A stretch of DNA of 64,000 bases, taken from the NCBI GenBank assembly GCA_903901055.1, contig CAIUPO010000008.1:4799-68798 (forward strand), in the 5' to 3' direction. This DNA comes from an uncultured Bacteroidota bacterium. GTDB taxonomy: Bacteria; Bacteroidota; Bacteroidia; JABEUT01. The translations under genes and the position numbers were made by a program. The notes beneath the pieces were generated by a model. That model saw only the letters and a program-made list of their open reading frames with translations, made no database searches and was not told the DNA's origin. The stretch's first letter is position 1, and every line of letters begins with the position of its first letter. Shown here in pieces: positions 19,587-30,900 of the stretch.

Positions 19587-21473
19587 ATGAAACCAAGCCT
19601 TATTCTATCGATTTTAAGTGTGTGTACCCCAATAGTCCTATTGGGACAAAGCTTAAAACCGGAAGCCAATTCTTCAACTTATATTCATTGCACAAAATTC
19701 TACGAAACAAAACCTTTGCGTGAATTGTCGAAGCTTTATCCTGCCAAAACGAACACACAAAATGCTGAATCTTCCGACAGGAACAGAAAAAATGCACGAC
19801 CAAAATTCAGTACATTTCATCCTACTAATGATTACTCCGATCCTGTTCGTCAAACAACTCCGGGATCCGTTCTTGGTTCGATAGCCCCTATTGTTAATTT
19901 TCAAGGAATGACATCTACTTCCGATCCGGGAGACCCAAACGGTGCTGTTGGTGACAGTGATTATGTTGAAGTTATTAATGTGAATTATGCAATTTATTCT
20001 AAAACGGGTGCAACCATTCTGCCTTCCTCCAACTTAGGTGGTTTATGGCCCGGTAATCCTCAGGATGGCGACCCTGTAGCATTGTTTGATAAGTTTGCTG
20101 ACAGATGGTTCATATCGGAATTCCAGATTACCAATACACCTTACCAATTTGATGTGGCAGTTTCTAAAACGAGTGATCCTACAGGGGCGTATTACGTTTG
20201 GGAATTCAGCATGGGAAATACAGACCCCGATTATCCTAAATATTCTATCTGGAGTGATGGCTATTATATAACCTTTCAGGGGTTCGGTGGATTTAATCCT
20301 AACGTGCCCCAACAAATAGCGGTGCTTGAAAGAAACCGAATGCTAAAAGGTGATCCTAATGCCGGAATGGTAATTGGTAATCTACCATCCAATCCTAACT
20401 TTACTGGCGGAAACAACAGTTTATTTGCATCGCCAAAAGCGTTGGATTGTGATGCCAGTGCGCTCCCACCATTCGGAACTCCTGAATACATTGTTTATTT
20501 TGAAAATATTGCTTCTGGAGGATTTGATGACAAAATAGTGATGGATAAAGTTGCATTTGATACAACTGCAAAAACATTAACAATTACCCGTGCTGATTCC
20601 TTTGCTGTGGCAACTTTTAATGCCTACTTCAGCGGTGGAAACATGACTGATATTTCCCAACCGGGCCTCTTGCATAATGTTGATGCACTCGATGGAACAT
20701 TTAATTACCGTACACCTTATTCTGTTTTTACCGGTTATAATTCAGTTGTGCTTAGTAATACCGTAAATTTAGGTAGTTTGGTTGCAGGTATCAGATGGTA
20801 TGAACTGAGACAGGATAATACGACCAAAGTGTGGACTTTGCATCAGACAGGAACATACGGGCCAAATGATGGTGTTAGCCGCTGGAATGGCGCTATCTGC
20901 CAGGATTATAATGGAGATATAGCTCTTGCCTATTGCGTAGCAGACAGTGTTAACCTGTATCCCGGTATCCGCTACACAGGCAGGCTTTCTTCAGATCCTG
21001 TAGGCCAAATGACATTTGCCGAACAAACCGCAATTGCAGGAACATCTACATTATCCGGTACGTTCGGGCGTTGGGGTGATTATTCCCAACTTGACATTGA
21101 CCCTGCTGACGGCTATACATTCTGGTGTACCAACCAATATGGTGGTGGTTCTAGTTCGAGTCAAGACAACAGGATTTTCTCATTTAAGCTTGCCGGAAGT
21201 TTAGGAATTAATGAAGTGCAAAATAAAACTGAACTGAAAGTTTATCAGTCGGGTAATTTCCTGAATGTAAAAGCTTCAGGCTTACCGGGCAATGATGAGT
21301 TGCTTGTTGATTTATTCGATATGTCAGGCAGGCAATTATCTACTCAAGCTGTGAAGCCTTCATCGAATATGCTTGAGACCCAAATCAACGTTAGCGCAAT
21401 TGCGAAGGGAGTTTACTTTGTAAGGATAGGAAAAGCAAACTTCCAAAGGGTTGTAAAAACTACTGTTAATTAG
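19587..21473 (+). CDS. Secreted hypothetical protein with a T9SS type A (Por_Secre_tail) C-terminal sorting domain
   Basis: It has a signal peptide. The C-terminal roughly 80 aa (KVYQSGNFLNVKASGL...GVYFVRIGKANFQRVVKTTVN) fit the type A CTD. The N-terminal roughly 520 aa are unassigned. Confidence 0.65.
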   Translation: MKPSLILSILSVCTPIVLLGQSLKPEANSSTYIHCTKFYETKPLRELSKLYPAKTNTQNAESSDRNRKNARPKFSTFHPTNDYSDPVRQTTPGSVLGSIAPIVNFQGMTSTSDPGDPNGAVGDSDYVEVINVNYAIYSKTGATILPSSNLGGLWPGNPQDGDPVALFDKFADRWFISEFQITNTPYQFDVAVSKTSDPTGAYYVWEFSMGNTDPDYPKYSIWSDGYYITFQGFGGFNPNVPQQIAVLERNRMLKGDPNAGMVIGNLPSNPNFTGGNNSLFASPKALDCDASALPPFGTPEYIVYFENIASGGFDDKIVMDKVAFDTTAKTLTITRADSFAVATFNAYFSGGNMTDISQPGLLHNVDALDGTFNYRTPYSVFTGYNSVVLSNTVNLGSLVAGIRWYELRQDNTTKVWTLHQTGTYGPNDGVSRWNGAICQDYNGDIALAYCVADSVNLYPGIRYTGRLSSDPVGQMTFAEQTAIAGTSTLSGTFGRWGDYSQLDIDPADGYTFWCTNQYGGGSSSSQDNRIFSFKLAGSLGINEVQNKTELKVYQSGNFLNVKASGLPGNDELLVDLFDMSGRQLSTQAVKPSSNMLETQINVSAIAKGVYFVRIGKANFQRVVKTTVN

Positions 21474-21492
21474 CATTAAGTATACCACAAAT

Positions 21493-21526
21493 AAAAAATC
21501 CCGATGATTACTCACCGGGATTTTTT
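21493..21526. terminator. Bidirectional rho-independent terminator (AAAAAATCCCG-loop-CGGGATTTTTT)
   Basis: A perfect 11-bp inverted repeat is flanked by A-run and T-run between the convergent genes at 19587..21473(+) and 21551..21865(-). Confidence 0.7.
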
Positions 21527-21550
21527 GTTTTATATAATTATTGGAAAAAA

Positions 21551-21865
21551 TTATTCAGCCGCCTTCTCTTCAGTTGCAGATTCAGCTTCTCCTTCCGCTT
21601 TTTTCTTAGGTTTTGCAGGTGCTTTTTTCTCTCCTTCAACTTTTGGTTTTTTAGGAGCTGCTGCTTTTTTAGGTTTTGCAGCCTTTACTTCAGCACCTTC
21701 TGCTACAGGCAGTTCAAATAATGTTTCTTCAACAGGTGCTGTTACTACCTTTTTAGGTTTTGCTTTAGGCACAAATGCAGGAATACCACTCTTTTGAGGG
21801 CGCGCCTTTCCAAATGAACCTCTCCATATCTTTCCTTTACGTGACCTTTTGTCTCCTTTTCCCAT
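21551..21865 (-). CDS. 30S ribosomal protein bTHX homolog with a long Lys/Ala/Pro-rich histone H1-like C-terminal extension
   Basis: The N-terminus MGKGDKRSRKGKIWRGSFGKARPQK closely matches Thermus Thx ([24 protein letters not shown]). The remaining roughly 75 aa are AKPKK/AAPKK repeats. Confidence 0.6.
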   Translation of the reverse strand: MGKGDKRSRKGKIWRGSFGKARPQKSGIPAFVPKAKPKKVVTAPVEETLFELPVAEGAEVKAAKPKKAAAPKKPKVEGEKKAPAKPKKKAEGEAESATEEKAAE

Positions 21866-21965
21866 GATTTTTTATTTTTAAGAGTGCCAAAGGTAATAAG
21901 AATTATGAATAGTGGGTTATGAATTGTAATTACAATGTAATATATCCTTAGATATGAATATTCGT

Positions 21966-22631
21966 TTATAGTTTACTTATAAAATCCTTTTCAAGCAACT
22001 CAACTTTCGGGATGGTATTCCTAAGCCATTGCAGGCGCAGGTCTTCCTTGTCTGAATCACTAAGTTGCCAGGATATGTTCTCTTTTCTTAACCTTGATGA
22101 AAGGGCGTACATACTTAAAGCAGCAGCAACTGAAATATTAAAACTTTCAGTAAAACCCAGCATTGGTATTTTAACGAACATATCTGCTTTCGCCTCTAGT
22201 TCTGCTGTTGCGCCTCGCATTTCCGTTCCGAAGAACAAGGCGAGCTTATTGGTTAATGGTACGTTTTCGATATTGTAACTATCCTTATGAAGTGAAGTTA
22301 CCGCAATTGTGTAGCCGCTTGCCTTTAATGCGCTGACACAGTTATTAAGACTTTCTTTCCCATCATTGTATCTATTTAATGTCAGCCATTTTTCTGAACC
22401 TAGCGAGACATCCGGATTATAGGTGTATTTATTGGTGTTTTCAATAATATGCACATCTTGTATTCCGAAACAATCACAGGAACGCAGCACTGCACTTGCA
22501 TTATGAGGCTGGTAAATATTTTCAAGACCAATTGCAATATGCCGGGTGCGGTTAACAAGCACTTCCTCGAAACGCTTCAAACGGGCTTCGGTTACAAAGC
22601 CTGAAAGGTATTTAACAAGTTCAGTATTCAT
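21966..22631 (-). CDS. SpoU/TrmH-family RNA 2'-O-methyltransferase
   Basis: This is a SPOUT-class fold (HIAIGLENIYQPHNASAVLRSCDCFGIQDVHII...LFFGTEMRGA...IPMLGFTESFNISVAAAL). Confidence 0.75.
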   Translation of the reverse strand: MNTELVKYLSGFVTEARLKRFEEVLVNRTRHIAIGLENIYQPHNASAVLRSCDCFGIQDVHIIENTNKYTYNPDVSLGSEKWLTLNRYNDGKESLNNCVSALKASGYTIAVTSLHKDSYNIENVPLTNKLALFFGTEMRGATAELEAKADMFVKIPMLGFTESFNISVAAALSMYALSSRLRKENISWQLSDSDKEDLRLQWLRNTIPKVELLEKDFISKL

Positions 22632-22637
22632 TAAAAA

Positions 22638-23606
22638 TTACGCAAACCTCGGCGCAGACCTCAATAATTCCTCTGGCGATAAGGCTTTGAAATAATCATA
22701 GGTAATCTTCAACCCTTCGGCCCGTGATATTTTTGGTTCCCATCCTAATAGTTTTCTGGCAAGTGTAATATCGGGCTGGCGTTGCTTAGGGTCGTCTTTT
22801 GGCAAGGCGGTGTGAATTATCTTTTGATCGCTTCCTGTCAGCTTTAATATTTCCTCAGCAAATTCATTAATGGTTATTTCGGCAGGATTGCCAATATTGA
22901 CAGGTGAGGAGTAGTCACTCAATAATAGGCGATAAATTCCTTCCACTAAATCGGATACATAACAGAATGACCTAGTCTGGCTACCATCACCAAAAGCGGT
23001 GAGAGGTTCGCCACGTAATGCCTGACCAATAAAGGTTGGCAGTACCCGTCCGTCGTTCAGGCGCATTCTTGGGCCATAAGTATTAAAGATACGGACAATT
23101 CTTGTTTCAACTTTATGAAAAGTATGGTATGCCATGGTAATTGCTTCCTGAAAGCGCTTGGCCTCATCGTACACACCACGAGGGCCTACTGGGTTCACGT
23201 TGCCCCAATATTCTTCGGTTTGAGGGTGTACTAAAGGGTCACCGTAAACTTCGGAAGTTGAGGCAACAAGAATCCTTGCATTTTTAGCCTTTGCAAGTCC
23301 TAATAAGTTGTGGGTTCCAAGCGAGCCAACTTTAAGGGTTTGAATGGGTATTTTCAAGTAATCAATCGGGCTGGCCGGAGAGGCAAAGTGAAGTATGTAA
23401 TCCAATTCACCGGGTACATGCACAAATTTGGAAACATCATGGTGGTAGAACTCAAAATGTTCAAGGGAAAAGAGGTGTTGAATATTGCGCAAATCACCTG
23501 TAATTAGGTTATCCATGCCAATAACATGGTAACCTTCTTTAATAAATCTATCACAAAGATGTGAGCCTAAGAACCCCGCTGCGCCTGTAATTAATACTCT
23601 TTTCAT
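22638..23606 (-). CDS. UDP-glucuronate decarboxylase (UDP-xylose synthase), short-chain dehydrogenase/reductase fold
   Basis: The N-terminus is the Rossmann fold [15 protein letters not shown]. The catalytic YDEAKR is present. The gene is about 320 aa with overall colinearity to UXS enzymes. Confidence 0.75.
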   Translation of the reverse strand: MKRVLITGAAGFLGSHLCDRFIKEGYHVIGMDNLITGDLRNIQHLFSLEHFEFYHHDVSKFVHVPGELDYILHFASPASPIDYLKIPIQTLKVGSLGTHNLLGLAKAKNARILVASTSEVYGDPLVHPQTEEYWGNVNPVGPRGVYDEAKRFQEAITMAYHTFHKVETRIVRIFNTYGPRMRLNDGRVLPTFIGQALRGEPLTAFGDGSQTRSFCYVSDLVEGIYRLLLSDYSSPVNIGNPAEITINEFAEEILKLTGSDQKIIHTALPKDDPKQRQPDITLARKLLGWEPKISRAEGLKITYDYFKALSPEELLRSAPRFA

Positions 23607-23614
23607 TTGTTTTG

Positions 23615-24925
23615 TTATTGGATTAAATCCTTTCTGCCAATGCTAAAGTAGGAAAATCCCTCTTGCTGCATTTGTTCAATAGAATATAAGTTCCTACCGT
23701 CAAAAACAACGGGTTTATTTAAGTGTTTTTTCATAATAGCAAAATCCGGTGTACGGAATTCGCTCCACTCAGTGGCTATTACAAGGGCATCCGCACCCTG
23801 CAATGCCTCATATTCATTGGAAGCAAAATAAACTTTGCTGCCATAAATTCGGTTTACGTTTTCCATTGCAGCAGGGTCGTAAGCGCTTACAGTTGCTCCT
23901 TGTTTTAACAATTCATCAATAATAACTAATGCCGGAGCTTCACGAATATCATCGGTATCGGGCTTAAATGCCAATCCCCATAAGGCTATTTTTAATCCTT
24001 TCAAGTCTTTGAAATGGCCCTTTAATTTTGAGATAAGAGAATGTTTCTGGGTTTCATTAACCTGCATAACTGACTTCAGAATACTAAAATCGTAGTTGTA
24101 TTCGCCTGAAGATTGCACCAATGCTTTTACATCTTTTGGAAAACAGCTACCTCCGTATCCGATACCCGGAAATAAAAATCGTTTGCCAATACGTTGGTCG
24201 GCGCCAATACCAATACGAACCATATCAACATCGGCACCCATCTTTTCGCAAATGTTGGCTATCTCATTCATAAATGAAATTTTTGTGGCAAGGAATGAGT
24301 TAGCTGCGTATTTGGTAAGCTCGGCAGAGCGTTCGTCCATAATATAAACGGGATTGCCTTGTCTTACGAAAGGTTTGTAAAGATCTTCCATTACTTTTTT
24401 AGCACGGGCAGATGAAGTTCCAATAACGACTCTGTCCGGTTTCATGAAATCATCTACCGCAAATCCTTCCCTCAGGAATTCCGGATTTGATACCACATCA
24501 AAATCAACTTTGCAGTTTGCTGCAATTGCTGCCTTCACCTTTTCTGAAGTGCCAATAGGAACTGTACTTTTATCAACAATAACCTTATAAGATGTAAGGA
24601 TTTTTCCAAGTTCAGTTGCCACGCTCAACACGTAAGATAAGTCGGCTGAGCCATCTTCATTCGGTGGAGTGGGGAGGGCAAGAAAAATAATATCTGTCTT
24701 TTCAACTGCATCTGCCAGATTGGTGGTAAAGCTAAGCCTCTTAGCCCTAAGATTGCGCTCAAAAAGCGTATCAAGGTCGGGTTCATAAATTGGCATTATA
24801 CCATTTTGCATAGCCTCTACTTTGGCTTTATCAATATCTACACAAATTACATGGTTGCCGGTTTCTGCAAAGCAGGTTCCTGTTACCAGACCAACGTATC
24901 CCGTTCCTACAATACTTATATTCAT
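23615..24925 (-). CDS. ugd: UDP-glucose 6-dehydrogenase
   Basis: The N-terminus is [16 protein letters not shown]. The catalytic Cys context is GGSCFPKDV. The gene is 436 aa and sits 8 nt upstream of the UXS gene. Confidence 0.9.
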   Translation of the reverse strand: MNISIVGTGYVGLVTGTCFAETGNHVICVDIDKAKVEAMQNGIMPIYEPDLDTLFERNLRAKRLSFTTNLADAVEKTDIIFLALPTPPNEDGSADLSYVLSVATELGKILTSYKVIVDKSTVPIGTSEKVKAAIAANCKVDFDVVSNPEFLREGFAVDDFMKPDRVVIGTSSARAKKVMEDLYKPFVRQGNPVYIMDERSAELTKYAANSFLATKISFMNEIANICEKMGADVDMVRIGIGADQRIGKRFLFPGIGYGGSCFPKDVKALVQSSGEYNYDFSILKSVMQVNETQKHSLISKLKGHFKDLKGLKIALWGLAFKPDTDDIREAPALVIIDELLKQGATVSAYDPAAMENVNRIYGSKVYFASNEYEALQGADALVIATEWSEFRTPDFAIMKKHLNKPVVFDGRNLYSIEQMQQEGFSYFSIGRKDLIQ

Positions 24926-25178
24926 ACTTTTACTTATAGCATATAGCTGATGGCTAATGGCTGTTTGGGCGGCAAAGATAGAAAGTTAACTAGAAACTAT
25001 GTAGGATGAGTTCTTCAGATATGCTATTTCTTTTGTTAGTTGCATTCTTGAGGCGAATAAGCAAGGAAAATTGATTGCAATAACTTCAATATTCAACTGT
25101 TAATAAAATGTACTTTAAGAATAGTGGGTTGCTTATTTATTGCATTAATTTTGTACAAAACACCGGAAACCAAAAAAG

Positions 25179-27890
25179 ATGAATAGAATCGTTACTATTT
25201 TAATCGGGATTATACTTTTTTCTGCATCTTCAGTTAAAGTAAAGGCCCAGTCCGGTTGCAGTTGCTGGCAACAAAGAGACACCAGTTTTCATTACGTGCC
25301 CTTTGCATGGGATAGTGATGGCAGTTATATTCCGAATCCTCCTTATTACCGTTGTGACGATGGAGCTACATTAGCCATACATCTGCCGTTTAATTTTTGT
25401 TTTTGGGGCACTGCGATGGATTCAGTTTTCATAAATACAAATGGCAATATCTCTTTTTACCAGCACATTTATGCATTTAGTCCAGATACGTTTCCTGTTT
25501 CGGATTACCGCATGATAGCCCCTTTTTGGGGAGATGTTGATTTACGGAGGTCTCCTTCAGCTGGAACTGATGTGGTTTTATATAAAATTACTTCACATTA
25601 CATGATAGTGCAATGGGATAGCGTTCGCTTTTTTGATGCTACTGTAGAGCCTTTTGGAAAATACAATTCTTTTCAATTAATAATAAGCGACGGCACTGAT
25701 CCAATTTTACCGAAGGGGAACAATGTAGAGTTTTGTTATCATACCATGCAATGGACAACAGGAGATGCTTCAGGCGGAAGTAAGGGGTTTGGTGGAGACC
25801 CTGCTACAGTTGGAGCTAACTATGGAGACGGCACTAAATTTATTCAAATGGGTTTGTTTGATACTGCTGGTAATAAGTACTTGGGCCAGTTTCCACCGGG
25901 ACCTTCGTATGATGGCGTAAGCTGGCTTAATAACAGGTCATTCCTGTTTAATCTCTGCTCCGGTTCAATTGCTCCGTTAACTTCCGGAATTTCGCCCTGC
26001 GATACCTTTAAAATTTGTGTAGGTGATTCAATGTTGATTCCACTTTACTTCTTTTCACCGGTTCAAAATGACTCGGTCTGGTCTAATTTATCGCCTCCTG
26101 TTCCACCCGGGGTAAGTGTCTATTCAAGCAAACCCGGACATACCGATAGTTTGACTATTAAAGTAGTTGGTAATTCATTCAATTTAGGATACCATACCAT
26201 CAATGTTTATGCGTATGATAATGAACACCCTCCTGATACCACATATACCTCATTTGTAATTGAAATTGATTCGTTGCCTAAAGTGAAAGTTAAGGCTGTA
26301 ATGGATACCATTTGTGCAGGGGATACTTCAGTACTTACTGCTTCTGGTTCGCAACTATATTTATGGAGTACAGGGGCCACAACTTCAATAATAAAAGTTA
26401 GCCCTCCATCCACCCAAACTTACACTGTAGGAGCATCGAATGGAGGATGCAATCATGATACTACAATTCAGGTTGTAGTATTGCCTAATCCGGCTCCAAC
26501 TATTATTGCAAAACCAGATACCATTTGCCCTAAGGATAGTGTATTACTAATTGCAGGAGGTGGCGGAACTTACAAATGGAGTACAGGACAGACGAAAGAT
26601 AGTATTTGGGTGAATCCTTTAACAACAAAGGTTTATTACCTGACTGCGACAAATGGAAAATGTTCTGACTCAGCGAAAATTTCAATTTTCGTCACAACTC
26701 CGGGCGCGTCAACTATTGCGTTGAATAAAGACAGTATTTGTCCTTATGACACAGTAATATTAACAGCAAGCGGCGGGGTAAAATATAAATGGAGTAATGG
26801 CGCAACAACAAGTTCAATAACTGTTACTCCGGGAAGTACCACAACTTACACCGTTTATTCGAATGTTACCTGTGCCATTGATACATTAAAGCAAAAGGTG
26901 ATCGTAATACCTCTTCCCGTGGCAACAATTACCGGGCGAACTGCCGTATGTAAAGGTCAGGGGGATACCATAACTGTTTCAGGCGGAATATCTTACCAAT
27001 GGAGTAACGGGAGTACAAAAAGCCAATATATTTTAAAAAATATTGGTGCTGATTCCACCATAAGTGTAAGGTTATTTAATGGCAAGTGTTATGTGGATAC
27101 AACCATAAAAATTACGATTGCCTCTCCGCCGATTATTAGTGTTATTGCGCCCGCAGTTGCTTGTTCAGGAACAATGGTTGTAATTAAGTCAAGTGTTTCG
27201 GGCAGCGGCCCTTTTAAGTATTTATGGAAACCGGGCAATCAAACAACAGATAGTATAGTTGTTGATGATACATCAAAAGTAACATACACGCTTGAAGTTT
27301 CAAATGGTTGTATTTCTACAACTAAAACCACCATAACACCGGATAACCCGCCTCTTAAAGCATGTTGCGACAAGGTAATTATATTAGGAGATGATACAGT
27401 CATAACAGCAAGCGGTAGTACGATTATTAAATATCAATGGATAGACTCCAATTTGGTAATATGCCAAAACCCACCGCTTTGCAGTGAAGTAAAAGTAACA
27501 CCTACTGTTACTACAACGTATACTGTTATTGGAACGGATACCTTAGGTTGTCAAAAAGAAATGGTAATAACTATAATAGTTGAGGTGCCCTGTTTCAATA
27601 TTACCGTGCCCAATGTAATTACACCAAACTTTGGCGCAGGCCATGTTGGGGTTAATGGAGGAACAAACAATGTGTTCTATATCCAAACCCAAAATATGGA
27701 TGGATGGTCAGTTCTAATTTATGACCGTTGGGGCAAGGAAATGTTCAAAACAACCAACCCGAATACTTACTGGAATTGCACTACGGAAGGCGGTGCCGAA
27801 GCACCCGATGGTGTTTATTATTACATCATTACAGGGTCATGCCAGGGGAAAACTTACAACCAACACGGATTTGTTCAAGTAATCAGATAA
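25179..27890 (+). CDS. Secreted protein with an N-terminal NIDO (nidogen-like) domain, Ig-like repeats and a T9SS type B C-terminal domain
   Basis: It has a signal peptide. The NIDO pattern (...LPFNFCFWGTAMDSVFINTNGNISF...IAPFWGDVDLR...VVLYK) is present, followed by repeated YKWSTGxT modules. The C-terminus is LIYDRWGKEMFKTTN...GVYYYI. Confidence 0.75.
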   Translation: MNRIVTILIGIILFSASSVKVKAQSGCSCWQQRDTSFHYVPFAWDSDGSYIPNPPYYRCDDGATLAIHLPFNFCFWGTAMDSVFINTNGNISFYQHIYAFSPDTFPVSDYRMIAPFWGDVDLRRSPSAGTDVVLYKITSHYMIVQWDSVRFFDATVEPFGKYNSFQLIISDGTDPILPKGNNVEFCYHTMQWTTGDASGGSKGFGGDPATVGANYGDGTKFIQMGLFDTAGNKYLGQFPPGPSYDGVSWLNNRSFLFNLCSGSIAPLTSGISPCDTFKICVGDSMLIPLYFFSPVQNDSVWSNLSPPVPPGVSVYSSKPGHTDSLTIKVVGNSFNLGYHTINVYAYDNEHPPDTTYTSFVIEIDSLPKVKVKAVMDTICAGDTSVLTASGSQLYLWSTGATTSIIKVSPPSTQTYTVGASNGGCNHDTTIQVVVLPNPAPTIIAKPDTICPKDSVLLIAGGGGTYKWSTGQTKDSIWVNPLTTKVYYLTATNGKCSDSAKISIFVTTPGASTIALNKDSICPYDTVILTASGGVKYKWSNGATTSSITVTPGSTTTYTVYSNVTCAIDTLKQKVIVIPLPVATITGRTAVCKGQGDTITVSGGISYQWSNGSTKSQYILKNIGADSTISVRLFNGKCYVDTTIKITIASPPIISVIAPAVACSGTMVVIKSSVSGSGPFKYLWKPGNQTTDSIVVDDTSKVTYTLEVSNGCISTTKTTITPDNPPLKACCDKVIILGDDTVITASGSTIIKYQWIDSNLVICQNPPLCSEVKVTPTVTTTYTVIGTDTLGCQKEMVITIIVEVPCFNITVPNVITPNFGAGHVGVNGGTNNVFYIQTQNMDGWSVLIYDRWGKEMFKTTNPNTYWNCTTEGGAEAPDGVYYYIITGSCQGKTYNQHGFVQVIR

Positions 27891-27994
27891 TATTTCTACC
27901 ATTCCGTCGTTAGTAATTATGTGCATTAATTAATTGATAGGTGCTATAATTAATTAAATTTGTACGTTATTCATAACATACCTTTTCTTTACCG

Positions 27995-30900
27995 ATGAAA
28001 AAAATTACAAGGCTTTCATTATTTCTTCTCAGTTTATTGCCTTTTCGGGGCTTTTCACAGTTGCCCAATATGGGTACAAACCCTAAGGGTGGCGGAAGCT
28101 GGATAGCTACTAAACCATTTCAACGGGATGTTTTTATTGAAAACAATGGCCAATTTTCTGCGGCAGAGAAAAAATTTGTCGGCAGTAAAATAAACTATTT
28201 TACCCATAAGGGAAGTGTGTATTTATACTTTACTCCAAACGGATTAGCGCTTCGTAAAGATACTGTCTATAAAGTGAAAGGGGAAGATAAGATAGGCATT
28301 GAACAGGAAGACGGGATGCGTGATTTGAGGATAAAACACATGCTCACTAAAATGCAGTTTGTAGGCGCAAACCCGAATGCAAAAATTGTAGTCGAAAATG
28401 AAACCCCTGATTACTTTACTTATCCTAATCATCAGGATAAGAGTGGAAAGTCAAGTGTATTAGCCCATGCATGGACTAAGCTTATCTACAAAAATATTTA
28501 TAAAGGAATCGATATTGAATTCTATTATCCTGAAGATAAAGGAGGGATTGAATACAATATCATTGTTCATCCGGGTGGAGATCCATCCGTTGTTAAGTTT
28601 TCATATTCCGGTTCAAACTGTTCCTTAAATGGAAATAACCTTGAAGTTGCTACAGGATGGGATAAAATTATTGACCATGCTCCAACGGCAAAGGATGCAA
28701 ATGGGCATACCGTTAGTGCTGCATTTGGCGTGAATGGAAACACTGTTTCTTTCCATGTTGGAAATTATGACAAATCCCAAACATTGGTAATTGATCCCTG
28801 GATGACCCTGACTACGTTGGGTGGCTCAAACCTTGGGTACGACATTGGTTATGATTACCTCGGAAACGTTTATGTTTATGGTGGCGGGGTTAGCGGCTAT
28901 TATGAATTACAGAAATATAACAGTGGCGGCGGATTGGTTTGGACATACACCAATAATGCCTTCACCTACTTGTATGTTACCGGTTATTTCTACGGTGGAA
29001 TGGTAACAGACCATAAAACAGGAACATCCTATATGTGTGAAGGATTTGATCCGTCACCTGGTTGTATGGTTGTAAAGGTTAATTACAACGGTACTCAGGC
29101 TGCATTATTTAACGGTAACAGTGGTACCGATGAAATGTGGCACATGGAATATGATTATTGTAACGATCAGTTATTGATTGTTACCGGTGGTTCACCTACT
29201 GGCCAACAATGTTGCCACATGGATACAAACTGCACCACCGAATCGCAGGTGAATATGTTATCGCTGGTTGGAGTATATTCTGACCAAACCCTTATTGGTA
29301 CAGATAATGCCGGACAATGTTATGTGGCTACATCGCAGATGGTGTTCCCTTCAGGCTATAGTAACTTGCTTTGCAAAATGCCTTTACCATCTATGACACC
29401 TACGGCGTATAATGTTTACGATAAACACAACTTTATTGAAATAACGAATATTAGCTACTATCCCGTTTTAAGTGGGTATGTAGTCGGTAATGGGTTTAAC
29501 GGACTTGTAGCAACCCCAACATTTGTGGTTACGTATGATGGTGGAAAAATGAGGCAGTGGAAGGCATCCAATGGTGCGCTTTTTGATTCAGCCACTGTTA
29601 GTGGTACATCGTATGCCTGGGGCGGACTGGATATAGATTGTCAGGGACATATTTATTGCGGGAACAACAATGCTATTAGTATTTACGATTCGAATATGAA
29701 CCCTGTTGGGAATATCCCGTTAAGCAACACGGTGTATGACCTTTTGGTGGCACCTAACGGCAATATTTATGCATGTGGAAATGGCTATGTTCAATGCGTT
29801 TCAGGTGCACCCAAACTAGTTACTGCAACTTACACTCCTGCAGGTTGTGCCTGCACTGGTTCAGCTACAGCGCATCCATGCGGTCCCGGCCCTTTCAGCT
29901 ATTTATGGAGTAATGGTGCAACCACCTCATCAATTACGAATATGTGTAGCGGAACCTATACTGTTACAGTATGGGAAGGCACATGCCCAAAACCTTTTGA
30001 TACTGCTATTGTAAATTTAGGCGCTGGAGGCGGTTTTGCTGCAACAGTGACAACCGTCAATGCAAGTTGCTCTTTGAATGGTTCTGCAACCGCAGTTCCA
30101 ACTGGAGGACACCCACCATACACCTACAAATGGAGCGATAATACTACCAATGTAAAAGATACCGGGTTAATTGCTGGCAATTATTATGTTTTAATATGGG
30201 ATAGTACTGGTTGTAAAGATTCAATTGCATTTACTATAACAAGTTCCGGAGCTCCAACAATTAAGGTTACACCTACAAATGACTCAATTTGTAATGGTGG
30301 AAGTGATTCACTGGTGGCTAGCGGTGGTCAAACCTATTCCTGGTTGCCAACTACAGGGCTTTCCTGCACCACATGCGCTAATCCAATTGCCTCACCCACA
30401 ATAACCACGATTTATACCGTTACCGGTGATTCAAATGGTTGTAAGGCGACGGCAACTGCCACTGTAACTGTATTGCCTCCTCCAACAATAAAAGTGTCTG
30501 CTTCTCCGGATACTGTTTGTAGTGGAAATCCAACAACAGTAACAGCTTCAGGAGGTGTTACCTACAAATGGAGTGATGGTTCTACAACAAGTTCAATAAC
30601 GGTTAAACCAATCGTAATGACAACCTATACTGTTATCGGGTTTGATGCCCATGGATGTTCAAACGCGGCTACTGTTACAATTTATGTTGCTTCGGCACCT
30701 AATCTGACCGTATCGGTAAATAAGAGTATATGCCCTGGCCAAAGTGTAACATTATCGGCATCGGGTGTAGGTTCAGGATATAACTGGCAACCCGGAAACA
30801 ATACAAGCCAAACCATTACGGTGTCTCCAACATCAACAACAACCTACACAGTTACGTTAAGCGATGGATGCGGAATTGCAACGGGAAATGTTACAGTAAA

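Noticed and set aside
21504-21797. 97-aa ORF on the plus strand, rich in Ala/Ser/Phe/Gly
   Set aside because: It lies antisense to the Lys/Ala-rich bTHX tail. The low-complexity mirror-frame translation is an artefact of the repeat.
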